Source: Octopus sinensis
Lineage: Eukaryota
Reading direction: 5' to 3'
Assembly (NCBI RefSeq): GCF_006345805.1
Contig: NC_043010.1
Coordinates: forward strand, 67,270,001 to 67,334,000
Length of the DNA stretch: 64,000 bases
Positions 46,928-58,112 of the stretch are shown here, piece after piece. The notes beneath the pieces were generated by a model that ran no database searches, was not told the origin of the DNA, and worked only from the letters and a program-made list of their open reading frames with translations. Numbering within the stretch: position 1 is the first letter of the stretch; every line of letters starts with the position of its first letter. A program made the position numbers and the translations under genes.

Positions 46928-48997
46928 TTAGTACTTCATCCGTTTGTACTCGTAGTTGTCATCTGTAGTTTTACGCTTCTCAATGATGCGCTGGATTTTC
47001 TGCCACTGCCGGTCAAGCTCGGCTTTCTCATCTTTGGGACCAGTACGACGGGTTTTCCTGCCATCGGCCATCTTGACACCATATTGGAAAGCAGCTTTAG
47101 GCATAGCCTCCTTATTCGCCATATACTCGCTGTACTCTTCTTGCGAGTCGAAATCCCAACGCCCTATGGGACCCTTTTTGTTGCCGTGATCCATTTTCGT
47201 ATAATCCACTTCATCATCAGAATCATCGATGGCATCAGCAGATTCCATCATACCCGGGTAACACTCTGCATAGCTGTCGATTTCCATTTTGGCCTTTAAC
47301 TTCCGCAGTCTTTCCTCTTCTTTCTTCGTAGCAGCTTTTTCCTTCTCTTCTTCTATTTCAGCAAATGACTTGAAACATTCGTTGATAGATTTAACCAAAT
47401 CCTTCGCTGAGTTTGGCATTCTGTCTTTGTCTTCGTCCTCATCAGCAGGTTTCTCGAAGTAAGTCTTTTTCGAGCTCCTATCACGATCATAATCCCTGTC
47501 GCTGCGGTCTCTGTCCCTGCGGTCCATACCACTTGAACTTCGGTCTTTATCTCGGCTGTAGTAGCTTCCATCGTGGTCCCGATGATCCAGATCCCTATCT
47601 CGATCACGATCTCGGTCCCCTCTGTCTCCTCGATCCCGGTCACTCCGATCCCTATCGCGATCGCTTCGATCTCTGTCTTTACGATCACGTTTGTCTTTGC
47701 TCTTGGAAAACTGTCCGGACATCACAGACGGATTGTACTCACCAAGATCACCATAAATGCTTTCGTCGTGGCCAGGCAACAGCATTTTATCCCCTGCGCT
47801 TCCAGAGCCTCCATTTCCGCCACCTGCATTACTTCCTGGACGAGCATCTTCTTTCATTTTATTTTTCTCTTTCTTCTTCAACTTTTTGTTCTCGCGGCGT
47901 CCCTGTCGCAAGTAGGACAGAATCTGTGTCAACTTATTAATGACAATATCATTGGTGGTCAATGTCGTGTCGGATTCGGGCACTGGACAGTCAACCTTAC
48001 TGCGGATAAGCGTTGTTGGAACATCAGAGTCAGCAAATTCATCCTCTAAATCCACCACGTAGGCCATACGACTCGGCAGAAACAATTCATTGCGCTCAGG
48101 GTACTTCGATTTGAAGATGATACGGTAAATATTCCTTCCCATCTTGGTTTTGAATAAGATCTGATCCTCTGGGTCTTCTTCTTTCTCTTTCTTCTGTGTC
48201 AGGGCCTTCTCAAGCTCTTCTTCCTCTTCACGTTCTTTGCTGGTGATTTCGGCACGGACTTTCTCTAGCAGGGCATAATCAAGCCCCTTCACAAGATGGG
48301 TATGTTCCATGTCACCTCCGAGGTATTTGGACTCTTGGATAATCTGTTTACGCCGTTCAGCGTAGTTTTCGCCAGATTTTGCATCTGGGGCCACGGCACG
48401 GTAATCAGCCGTGGTGCTAATAATTTCAGTCTCGGCATAATCCCTGTTTAACCCATCTCTTCTCTCTTTCGCTCGATCCCTGTACTTCTGGGCTAGTTCT
48501 TTCTGTCGGTCCTCCTCGAGACGTTTCAATCGGGCGTAGTAACTTTTTTTCTTCCGTCTCCTGGTCGCCGGGTCATCGTCGTCTTGTTCTCCCAACTCGT
48601 GAGCATCTTCGTAACCGGACAGATTCCCACCATCATCCCCGGCACCGGCACCGGTCGCAGAACTTCCTAGTTCACTGACTCCGGAACCTAAACCACCGTG
48701 GGCTCCACTGGCAGATCCCAAACCGGACGAGCCTGCGGCCCCGCCAGACAGATCGTGGCTTGCCGAGGATGCGGATCCCGCATTAGCAGCGGCGGCAGCC
48801 GACGCAGAACTCCTTGAAGAGGATAACGCTGACAAAGAAACGTGGCCGCTGGACGAGGATCCGGCGGCCACTCGCGGTGTCATCAAAAGTTTACGGAAAT
48901 CTTCATTCGTCAACGGATGAGCATCGTCACCTACCTCTGCGTTGTAATCTGCGGGAGGTAACGGATTGGAATACGCTTCCGCGTCCTCCTTCGGCAT
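46928..48997 (-). CDS. IK: Protein Red (IK), spliceosomal B-complex / SMU1-binding protein, single exon, 689 aa
   Basis: LTNEDFRKLLMTPR, RRRKKKSYY, KYRDRAKERRDG, GGDMEHTHLVKGLD, RNELFLP.RMAYVVDL, an RD-dipeptide repeat region, YAECYP, GNKKGP.GRWDFD.QEEYSEYM.NKEA.PKAAFQYG and AELDRQW.KI..IIEKRK are all colinear with the animal RED family; open frame with no stops. Confidence 0.97.
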   Translation of the reverse strand: MPKEDAEAYSNPLPPADYNAEVGDDAHPLTNEDFRKLLMTPRVAAGSSSSGHVSLSALSSSRSSASAAAAANAGSASSASHDLSGGAAGSSGLGSASGAHGGLGSGVSELGSSATGAGAGDDGGNLSGYEDAHELGEQDDDDPATRRRKKKSYYARLKRLEEDRQKELAQKYRDRAKERRDGLNRDYAETEIISTTADYRAVAPDAKSGENYAERRKQIIQESKYLGGDMEHTHLVKGLDYALLEKVRAEITSKEREEEEELEKALTQKKEKEEDPEDQILFKTKMGRNIYRIIFKSKYPERNELFLPSRMAYVVDLEDEFADSDVPTTLIRSKVDCPVPESDTTLTTNDIVINKLTQILSYLRQGRRENKKLKKKEKNKMKEDARPGSNAGGGNGGSGSAGDKMLLPGHDESIYGDLGEYNPSVMSGQFSKSKDKRDRKDRDRSDRDRDRSDRDRGDRGDRDRDRDRDLDHRDHDGSYYSRDKDRSSSGMDRRDRDRSDRDYDRDRSSKKTYFEKPADEDEDKDRMPNSAKDLVKSINECFKSFAEIEEEKEKAATKKEEERLRKLKAKMEIDSYAECYPGMMESADAIDDSDDEVDYTKMDHGNKKGPIGRWDFDSQEEYSEYMANKEAMPKAAFQYGVKMADGRKTRRTGPKDEKAELDRQWQKIQRIIEKRKTTDDNYEYKRMKY

Positions 48998-48999
48998 TT

Positions 49000-49135
49000 T
49001 GGATGAGTTTACAAACCACTATTCGGTACCTCTTATCTCAAGTGCTGGAATATCTTCCTTCCCAGTGAAATTACGATAAATATCCGCAAAACGTACAAAA
49101 AAGACGGAGCCGCAATACAATGGCCGCCCAATAAA
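49000..49135 (-). promoter_or_regulatory. Probable IK 5' UTR / proximal promoter
   Basis: CpG-containing segment with a YY1-like ggcggccattgt (49117-49128) and CCAAT (49128-49132); caaaATG start context. Confidence 0.4.
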
Positions 49136-50292
49136 CTGTGGAGAGTTATCTCTCTTGCTTTGTAAGAATATCAACATTTGGCTTCCTATTCTTCGCCTCA
49201 ATGAAATTGTGAATAAACACCCATGCCGATAATATTTTTTTAAAAAACAATTGCAGCGTGGAAGGTGTTTATAAGCCATTTAAGAAACACACAAAAACCG
49301 TTAGATTCACTTCAACATTTAAATTTAATTTGTCAAAATATTTTCGTCGCTTTGGGACCGCGACCTGTTCACTGACAAAACTTCGTGCTGCATATTTTTT
49401 TTTTAGATATTTTAAAATGTAACAAATATTTTTGAATTTACAATTTTAACTGAAAAAATTTATTTTACTAACAATCATCACTACTGCTCTTAGATTACTT
49501 GTAGTTTACTTTGTATTCTATGAAAAAAAATTGATTTATACGTAACTATCGCCTTAGCTCTACAATCAATTATTGTACGTCTGTAACGGGGAATTATTGT
49601 CCACCTCTAGAATCGCTTTATTCGAATAGATCTATAATCAAAGGCTTTCCAAATATGACCGTCTGTCTTTTTCATTTTTGTTCTCAGACGCAGCATATCT
49701 AGGACCACAGTACCTCATGTGCACTTTTTTATTTTGAGGTGGTGTCGTGTAATATAAGGGAAATTTGGCTGCTATTTCTAGCGACCACATTGCGGTTCTC
49801 TCTTCTAAATGATGTTTGCGTGGAAATTTTTTTTAGCTTGTGTTCATATAAAAAAACAATCATAAATTTTTAGGAGAAAATAGAAAAAAAGAATCTAGTC
49901 GAGATTCAGCCTTGAGTCAGCACGACGAAAGACATTCCAACCGTGACCATCAGCCTGTTTCAGGCTTAGTCTAGGACTACTTTGAATTGTGTTAGGTTTT
50001 TTGATACCAACCCGCCTGGAACCACCGTTGGTTCTATGATACAAACTTCCTGTTTAAAGATATCTCAGTGAAAAACCTTCCATTAAAATTTCATGTTAAG
50101 TTTCAAACATTGTTTAATAATGGTTTCTTGTTTTGGTACAGGACTACAGTTTTTGAGGGGAGGGGGAAGTCGATTGCATCAACCCCAAAACTCGACTTAT
50201 TTTATCAACCGCAAAAAGGATGAAATGCAATGGTCACCTCAGCAGAATTTGAACTCAGAAAGTAGAGATAAAAGAAAGGCTGTTAAGGTACA

Positions 50293-50450
50293 AGTATGAC
50301 TGAGTGGCAAAGAAGCTTGCTTCCCAACCATGTGGTTCTGGGTTCAGTCCCACCACCTCGCACCTTAGGCAAGTGTCTTCTACTCTAGCCTCGGGCTGAC
50401 CAAAGCTTTGTGAGCGGATTTGGTAGACGGAAACTGAAAGAAGCCTGTCA
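50293..50450 (+). mobile_element. SINE family A, 5' half
   Basis: ccatgtggttctgggttcagtccc...ccttaggcaagtgtcttc...gaaactgaaagaagcc. Confidence 0.75.
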
Positions 50451-50452
50451 TA

Positions 50453-50635
50453 TCTATTATATAAAATCCGTTCTGTCTGTCTGTGTGTGTGTCTTCTAGG
50501 ATCTCGGGCATCCTCCATCCGATTGCGTTCAAATTTGATATGTAGATACCGACAGTATCAGGGTGTGTATAAGTCTTGAAGAAATTACAAAAATCAATAT
50601 CAGGTGAGAATGTGATCGATAAACCCTTCACAGAG
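50453..50635 (+). mobile_element. Helitron-like 5' fragment inserted into the SINE's TA linker
   Basis: a|tctattatataaaatccgttctgtctgtctgtgtgtg...ccgattgcgttcaaatttgatatg; no CTAG end found. Confidence 0.45.
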
Positions 50636-50789
50636 CCTCTGGGATTGGTAGAAAGGAGAGAAGAGGGAGGTAGAGAGGGTGCAAATCCTCTTCAAACCGG
50701 AAATCTGGCATAGAATGGCCCTCTTTTCTAAAGGCATTCAAAATGTTAGGTGACAATATTAAACAGGCTTAAGTCTACCACCTTAATTG

Positions 50790-51190
50790 GTCCCATCCTT
50801 GTTGTGGTATAGTCTACCCCAAAGTCCCATCCTTGTTGTAGTATTGTGGGTTCTGTGCCCCATTGACCCAGAAAACTATACCGGTAGAGTACAAGATCTT
50901 GTTAGGGCTTCCCATGCTGGATAAGTCAAAGGGCAGAAGCCAAACTAGCATGGGCCACTTCTCTGTAGAGGTAAAAATGGGTTTGCTGATACCCCTACTT
51001 AGAAAAGAGTAAAAATCAAAACCAATAAGGCTTGAGAGAGGAAGGCCTTCCTTCAGGGAAACATGATGCAGAGCAGCAAAACCCAGAAGTAAGAATCCAA
51101 CATCCTGCATTATACACCAGGCCCTGACCTAGAACCCAGAAGGGAAGCAAAAGAGAGGAAGCCTTAAAAATAGTTGATGGTGGTTTAGAT
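50790..51190 (+). mobile_element. RTE-like remnant: 5' UTR-like segment joined to ORF C-terminus
   Basis: QALT*NPEGKQKRGS (WNPQG.R.RGRP motif) preceded by gctggataagtcaaagggcagaagccaaact. Confidence 0.45.
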
Positions 51191-51589
51191 GTATCCTGGT
51201 CGTGGAGTCATCTAAACATGACTCTCTTCAGAAGGCTGTAATATCATTTGACAGGAACTCGGTATAAAGAATATATAAAACAAGGCCATAACTTTAATGC
51301 CGGCATTAAAGGCATTTATATATATATATATATAAGCTGAATGATAAATGGAAATAGTCTGATGTGTGGAGGCCATGGTCTTCTCCTGTGCACTACCTCC
51401 TGTTTACTGGCTGGTGTGTGGTGTGAGAGAGCCAGTTAGATTGTGTCTTTACGGTCTGATGTCAGGGCGAGCAGAGAGAAATTCGTATGGTCATGTGTCA
51501 GAATCTCATGCTCTAGTGCCATCTAGTGAGCTTGTTTAAACCCACTGTCAATGAAGGTAACTGTGCCTACAGTGGGATACAAAGGTAGA

Positions 51590-51745
51590 GCTGATAAAAC
51601 AGGGATCCAGCTGGAGAGAAGCAGAAAAGACAGGCCCTTAGTTGAGAAGAGTAAAGTCATCAATGGCCAATGCTCCAGAGGGAACAGAGAGTTTAATGAA
51701 AAATTGAATGAATGAATGAATGAAAGACTGAATGAATGAATGACC
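51590..51745 (+). mobile_element. RTE/RTE-X 3' end with (GAAT)n tail
   Basis: SWREAEKT...aaagtcatcaatggcc, similar to 16050-16200. Confidence 0.5.
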
Positions 51746-52085
51746 CTAGTAGGTCATGATAGGATTTGAACATTGAATGCAATGTGTTACAACAAATACT
51801 GCAAGATGTCCTGTTTGATGTTCTTACAGTTCTGACAATTCATTGCTCTCAATTGACACTGTTTTTTATTGATCTTAGAAGGATGAAAGGCTCAACTGAA
51901 TAAAATCTGTAATATGTATAGATTATTGTTTCTCAATTCCTTTCAATACATCCAGAAATTATTTACTTGTTACATTTCACTTTTTGCATGGGATTTCAAC
52001 TCAGAGCTCAAAGTGTTGGGAAAAAAATACCACAAAACATGCCTGTTAACAAACACTGTAATTCTGCCAGCCCAATACTCTAGAT

Positions 52086-52872
52086 CAATGGTTCTCAAGG
52101 CGGTGAGCTGGCAGAATCGTTAGCACGCTGGGCGAAATGCTTAGCAGTATTTCGTCTGCTGTTACGTTCTGAGGTTCAAATTCAGCTGAGGTCGACTTTG
52201 CCTTTCATCCTTTCGGGGTCGATTAATTAAGTACCAGTTACGCACTGGGGTTGATATAATCGACTTAATCCGTGTGTCTGTCCTTGTTTGTCCCCTCTGT
52301 GTTTAGCCCCTTGTGGGTAGTAAAGAAATAGGTTCTCAACCAGGGTCCACATAAGATTTGGGGGTAGGGCTGGGGATGTTCGCACAACAAAATAGTAAAT
52401 GGGGGATCTATAATAATATTTTAAGGGTCCCAGAAAAAAAGTTTTGCTTTAGATTTATGTATTGGTATATATTGTAAAAAATAGCCAGGTTTCTTTCTTT
52501 AACATTTTACAGAGTTCAACCTACACAAGTTAATGTGTGGAAAACAAAATAGGGATTTTGAATGGAGTTTCTATAAAACTAGTTTTTAAACATTGAATGG
52601 CTATGGGGGTTCACCAGAATGAAATAGTAACCAGAGGGCTCCATGTATAAAAAATGGTGAAAAACCCCTGCTTTAGATGTATGTGTTGGTATGTATTGTA
52701 AGAAACAGTAAGGCTTCCTTCTCTAACATTTTACATAGTTCAACCTACACAAGTTGATGTGTGGCAAACAAAATAGGGATTTTGAATGGAGTTTCTATAA
52801 AACTAGTTTTTAAACATTGAATGCTTCTGTGGGTCCACCAGATATTAATAAAAAATGGTTAAGAAACCCCTG
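52086..52872 (+). mobile_element. hAT-type MITE with nested SINE and duplicated right part
   Basis: ctctagat|caatggttctcaa ... ggttaagaaacccctg|ctctagac (7/8 TSD); 52446-52670 repeated at 52670-52872. Confidence 0.75.
52099..52330 (+). mobile_element. SINE family B with 9-bp TSD
   Basis: TSD ggttctcaa at 52090-52098 and 52331-52339. Confidence 0.9.
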
Positions 52873-53133
52873 CTCTAGACTATTACTTTCTTTTATCATC
52901 CCACCACCACTACTACCACTACCACATAAATGGGTCCATTTATTCGTTTATTCACAACCACTCTGGCTATAACTATTTGGTTGTTAAGCATATACTTGCT
53001 TACTTTTTAACAAGTTGCCTTCAGCTACAGAACGTATCTGATAAACGTATCTGATGAATTGTCCAACAAACAATTAAAACCTTCGTTTCACTCTTCGCCT
53101 CAAGTCACCGTCAAGATGTTCGTAGGCCCAGTT

Positions 53134-53359
53134 GGTACTACTTATGAAGAATGGTCCCGGTGCGCGCACTCGCGTAGTCGCGCATCCGCGCTAGCTAGTC
53201 GATCCTACAACGACTACCTAGCAAAGTAAATATAACACAAAATAAATGGCGATCTTACGGTATAATTACCGGTACCTATACCGAAGGTTCACCCTAGCTA
53301 GGCTCCGATGCGCGAGTACGCGAGTGCGCGCACCGGGACCACTCTTCTTAAGTAGTACC
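53134..53359. mobile_element. CpG-rich MITE with ~53-bp TIRs, GG termini and 8-bp TSD (Merlin-like)
   Basis: gcccagtt|ggtactactta...cgcgcatc ... gatgcgcg...taagtagtacc|acccagtt (7/8 TSD). Confidence 0.8.
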
Positions 53360-53899
53360 ACCCAGTTCTATCATGAGGCTGGGTCTTCATGTTTTACTTG
53401 ATAAATCACAACTATGAGTTGGTGGATATTTTTGACGATGGAAACAAGTTCTCGGTGAACACCGCCAAAATGTTCCGACAAAGGGAGTTGAGGGGAAAAA
53501 CATCCTAATGTTTATTATTAATTTTATTTCAAAGCTTGAAACAGAACTTTTCGGGATGTGGAAACTACCCGCTCCCCCACTTCGCCATTCCGGTTGAAAT
53601 ATACAAACACACACCACTGATATATATATATATATATATCAATGTTTACGTAGATCAGTTACACCAGTGTCTGTTTTTGTTTGGTTGTTTTCAATAATGA
53701 CATTTGGTCGAGATTCTTGGAAATTAACCAAAGACAGTAATGGCAAGTTCCCCTCCGTGACACCCACGTCGGTTCGCTCTTGGTTTCCTAGATGAACTGC
53801 TATATCCACATTTTACTTTGTGTCTCGTCTCCGGGTACGTTTTCTTCTTCATGGTCTTGTGTACATGTTATGCAGACACGCGAACATACAAAAAACCAC

Positions 53900-54290
53900 C
53901 ACCAATAAATTCATACAAATATTTACTTACACACACACACACACACACGCGCGCATAAAGCCAAAAATCCATGCCTACATCTAACAACCACCACACTCGT
54001 TCTACATACACGGACACGCGTTTCTCGTTTATTGATTAGTGTTATAAGTAGGAAGGGCAGAGCCGTTTGGGTCCCCCGGGGGCCTCCTGGACTTGTGGTT
54101 GGTTGAGGTTGCGACGGTTTTAATGCCAAGTTGGAAATTGTAGGTTAGTAGTTTCTAGGAAGACGAGGACAGAGGCGGGTTCCATCAAAGAAGCAGATGT
54201 ACGAAGGAATGACTTGGTAAGTCTTTTAGTACGGATTCTATTAAGTCAGATTCAGATCCTGTCCGCCATGTTGGATTTATGGTCAAAAAA
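53900..54290 (-). promoter_or_regulatory. Candidate promoter / first exon of an unidentified transcript
   Basis: Non-repetitive CpG-containing block; YY1-type ccgccatgttgg (54263-54274); GTAAGT donor on the minus strand (53930-53925) and on the plus strand (54217-54222). Confidence 0.35.
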
Positions 54291-55299
54291 AGGGGGGGGG
54301 GAATAATGAGGGTTTTTAAAAAAAAAAAATTATTATTAAAGAAATTCCGGCTATTCTATAGAAAATATAAATGCAAGATGATACTACAATTATAGTTTCT
54401 AAAATATCTGTTTGTAACGCAAGTCCTTTTTCATAATTTCAGTAATTAGCGCGGCGAAATAATGTCATTTTAGAGTGCGGGAACCCCTCGGGACAATTAA
54501 GTACTTTTATTTCTCTAATTTCCATCAGCTTGCTCCGACCCTTGGTTTTGTTTTTCTTTATAACATCTTTGCATGCCGCAAAAACGAACGAGATGAAGTG
54601 GGAAAAAATTCTCTCCAAAGACTAAAATAAATTTTTGAAAACGAACTTATTAATTAAATTGAAGTATGTGTCCCGAAAAATTATTTCCAGCTTTTTGGGT
54701 AGGGTAGTGTGCATTGGTAAAAGAAAGACGGAACCTGGGACAAGATAGTCGTTTGACCAGCTAAAAGTAACACCCCAAATTTCCTTCATGATGCATCTCA
54801 TCACCTTAAAAAAAACTGAACACATTTGTTATTATGATCGGGGTGGTTACGGTTGGACTGTCTTTTGATCCAGCTATATCTCCATGATCAGAGCTGATCT
54901 GGGGTTAACCAACAATTAATCATGTCACTTCTATTATAATCGAATTCCTGTTATTCTCATTATCAATGAAAGTTTTTTCTGGTGATTAAGAATTTGCGAA
55001 ATTGACACATTTATTAGAAGACTAAAACTTCTCAGCAGTGTCTGGCGAATCTGGACTGGCGCCCACTGTCTCGTCTCCAAACACTAGCTGTAGGATTTCG
55101 TCTATCAAATTCCTGGTAATTAATATCTGTTCTCTTCTCCAAGATTTTCTTTAATTGTAATTAAAGACCTGTATTGTAAGAAATTATTTTTCCTTCAGGT
55201 CATGGGGGAATATAGAAGGTATAATTCTGAGAGATGCCACACAGCCTCTGCCAAATGTAAATTGGAGAAGACGAAATTAAAATCTATGTGATGTATTCT

Positions 55300-55500
55300 T
55301 CACAACGACAGATCCCTTACGCGGTCGCACGACATGCTAAAAATGGCAGCTAAATCAGCCTAACACTACATCCTACTGTCTTAAGATATTACAGGATACA
55401 GTGGACAATATAGTCCTGCAACACAACCCCACCAAAATGGAGTGGTCATGGCTGGCATGCCTTTATTGTAGATCTGCTTGATCGTAGCTGACCTACTACT
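55300..55500 (+). mobile_element. Diverged interspersed repeat (family E)
   Basis: gctaaaaatggcagctaaatc...ggtcatggctggcatgccttt...gctgacct recurs at ~55590-55795 and inverted at ~49640-49800 and ~57540-57600. Confidence 0.55.
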
Positions 55501-56220
55501 AATAAAGAATTTGACACGTCATTTCTTACACATTCAAAATAAAATTTTGAAAATGTATCTTCCACGTATTTGAAATACAAGAGGAAGGGACAGTTTCTAT
55601 GTGGTCCTTCGGCCTGTTAGAAATAACAGCCAAGTTCATCCCAAATCACGCCCAATTGTTTTTAAAATAAAAGAGTATAATTTCGCTAATGTAGTACAAG
55701 TTTGCATTATGTCTGGAAATAAGACTGGATAGTCACGATTGGAATCATTCCCATCACAGTACTGCTAAATGAAGGTTGACCTAGGGTTAAGCAAATGTCA
55801 ATGTAATTTATGCAAGCCACTCGGCGTAGCAAATGTCAGAGAAACTAAGCCGGCACATGTACAGTTTAGTGCCTCACCGATTTTCTTCCGTCAGTTTTCT
55901 GATAAGCACGTATTTTTTTAATGAAACTTTTCATAGATGCATTTTCGAGGATGTAGATTATGATTATATGAGTTATAATTTTAAAAAGTCTTGGAAGCGT
56001 TTCGGATCATTCTATTTTCCTCCTTCCCGACTTAGTTTCCTCATATCTCTCTCTAAAATACATGTTTTTAAATGACATTTTTGCAAAAATACGTTTTCGA
56101 AGATGCGGATTACGTAAATGTTACTATTTCAAACATATAAACCTGAAAAGTAAAAATGAAATTTTGTTAAATTTACAGTAAATGATAGGAAGAAAGTCGT
56201 GGAGGAGGAAAACTATAACT

Positions 56221-56423
56221 CTTTACTCTTTTACTTGTTTCAGTCATTTATTTGACTGTCGCCATGCTGGAGCACCGCCTTTAGTCGATCGAGCAAATCG
56301 ACCCCAGGACTTATTTTTTGTAAGCTTAGTACTTATTCTGTCGGTCACTTTTGCCAAACCGCTACGTTACGGGGACGTAAGTACACCGGCATCGGTTGTC
56401 AAGCGATGTTGGGGGACAAACAT

Positions 56424-56462
<39 letters not shown>

Positions 56463-56633
56463 AATATATACGACGCGCTTCTTTCAGTTTCCGTCTACCA
56501 AATCCACTCACAAGGCTTTGGTCAGCCCGTGGTTATTGTAGAAGACATTTGCCCAAGGTGCCACGCAGTGGGACTGAACCTGGAACCATGTGGTTGGTAA
56601 GCAAGCTACTTACCACACAGCCACTCCTGCGCC
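56221..56633 (-). mobile_element. SINE family A
   Basis: Full-length copy. Confidence 0.85.
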
Positions 56634-57017
56634 TATATGCATTTTTCTAAAAGTTATGAGAAAACAAAGTCGAGATGCGTGAAATATTCATCGATTCTTT
56701 GGACATTAAATTCCTATAAAAAAAAATATTTTAGAAAAAAATGTATTTTCACTGCAGATTCCGATAAAATCATAATCTACACCATTTGAAATATATTTGT
56801 AGAAACTTTCGTTCAAAAAAAAAACACGTAGAAGCAAAGGTCTACGGGGTGGCACGTTTCTGTAGTTATGCTCTTGTAATTAGTAGTAGACAGCCTTACT
56901 CTGAATGAAAAACCCTCAGACAAACGAAAATGTCTATTTTACTGTAACACGGAACCAGCTGTGTTTAATTGATTGCTATTGATTGCTGGAGTTTATTACC
57001 CGGACTTGTTAATTAAT

Positions 57018-57394
57018 GTAGGAGTGGCTGTGTGGTAAGAAGCTTGCTTACCAACCACATGATTCCAGGTTCAGTCCCACTGCGTGGCACCTTGGGCAAG
57101 TGTCTTCTACTACAGCCTCGGGCCGACCAAAGCCTTGTGAGTGGATTTGGTAGACGGAAACTGAAAGAAGCCCCTCGTATATGTTTGTGTGTGTGTGTGT
57201 GTGTTTGTCCCCCCCCCCCCAACATTGCTTGACAACCGATGCTGGTGTGTTTACGTCCCCGTAACATAGCGGTTCGGCAAAAGAGACTGATAGAATAAGT
57301 ACTTGGCTTACAAAGAATAAGTCCTTAGGTCGATTTGCTCGACTAAAGGCGGTGCTCCAGTATGGCCACAGTCAAAAGACTGAAACAAGTAAAA
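57018..57394 (+). mobile_element. SINE family A
   Basis: Full-length copy, head-to-head with 56221-56633. Confidence 0.85.
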
Positions 57395-57914
57395 CAGGGA
57401 ATGCAAGAAAAAGAAACATTAAACTCAGTTTCGTTAAGTTCCAAAACACCAGGTCAGTCTTCTACTAACTTATGATCAAAGCCACTCCATTAGTGACCAC
57501 CTTGTCCACATTGTCCAGTGTGTATTATTTTATTTAAGGCAGTAGAACAGGATTTGATGGGGATTTGGCTGCTATTTCTAATAGGCTGAGGGACCACTAT
57601 TACGTATGTGATACCCTGCCGTATATGTATTTAGCATGTAGAATGTTCCACCAAGTTACTTTCCCTCGGCCCTTCGGGTCTTGTTAAATTTCTTTCGAGC
57701 AGCTAAAGTTTTTCAAATTTTCATCAGATTATTTTCAGGGAAAATGTAGTTCTGAAAAGTTGCAAGCATTTAGAATTACGTAGTTTTAGCCAATCGAAGC
57801 CTCGGTGCAAGAAGTTGGACGAAATCTAAGATCCTAAAATTGTTTCACAAGGTTTGATGGTGAAGAAAGGATACCATCATCATCATAATCGTAACCAACT
57901 CTTTCTCTGCCATC

Positions 57915-58112
57915 AAGTGTGTCTGTGTTTGTCCCGCCGCCAAAACATCGCTTGACAACCGATGCTGGTGTGTTTACGTCCCCGTAACTTAGCGGTTCGG
58001 CAATAGACACCGATAGAATAAGTACTAGGCTTCCAAAGAACAAGTCCTGGGGTCGATTTGCTCGACTAAAGGCGGTGCTCCAGCATGGCCGCAGTCAAAA
58101 AAGAGTAAAGAG
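57915..58112 (+). mobile_element. SINE family A, 3' half
   Basis: catcgcttgacaaccgatgctggtgtgtttacgtccccg...aaaagagtaaagag. Confidence 0.8.

Noticed and set aside
47353-48049. Alternative-frame and antisense ORFs overlapping IK
   Set aside because: Shadows of the GC-rich, repetitive IK coding sequence.
53045-53090. ctgatga-attgt(ccaacaa)acaat-taaaac hammerhead-like string
   Set aside because: GAAA is absent and no stem I or III partner can be found.
40020-53359. Composite transposon carrying IK between GGTAC-family ends
   Set aside because: The ends at 40135 and 53134 face the intervening DNA (inside-out), and 53134-53359 has its own TSD.
57700-57735. Minus-strand ctgatga-aaattt-gaaa hammerhead-like string
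   Set aside because: No loop in stem II and no stem I pairing; expected by chance in AT-rich DNA.
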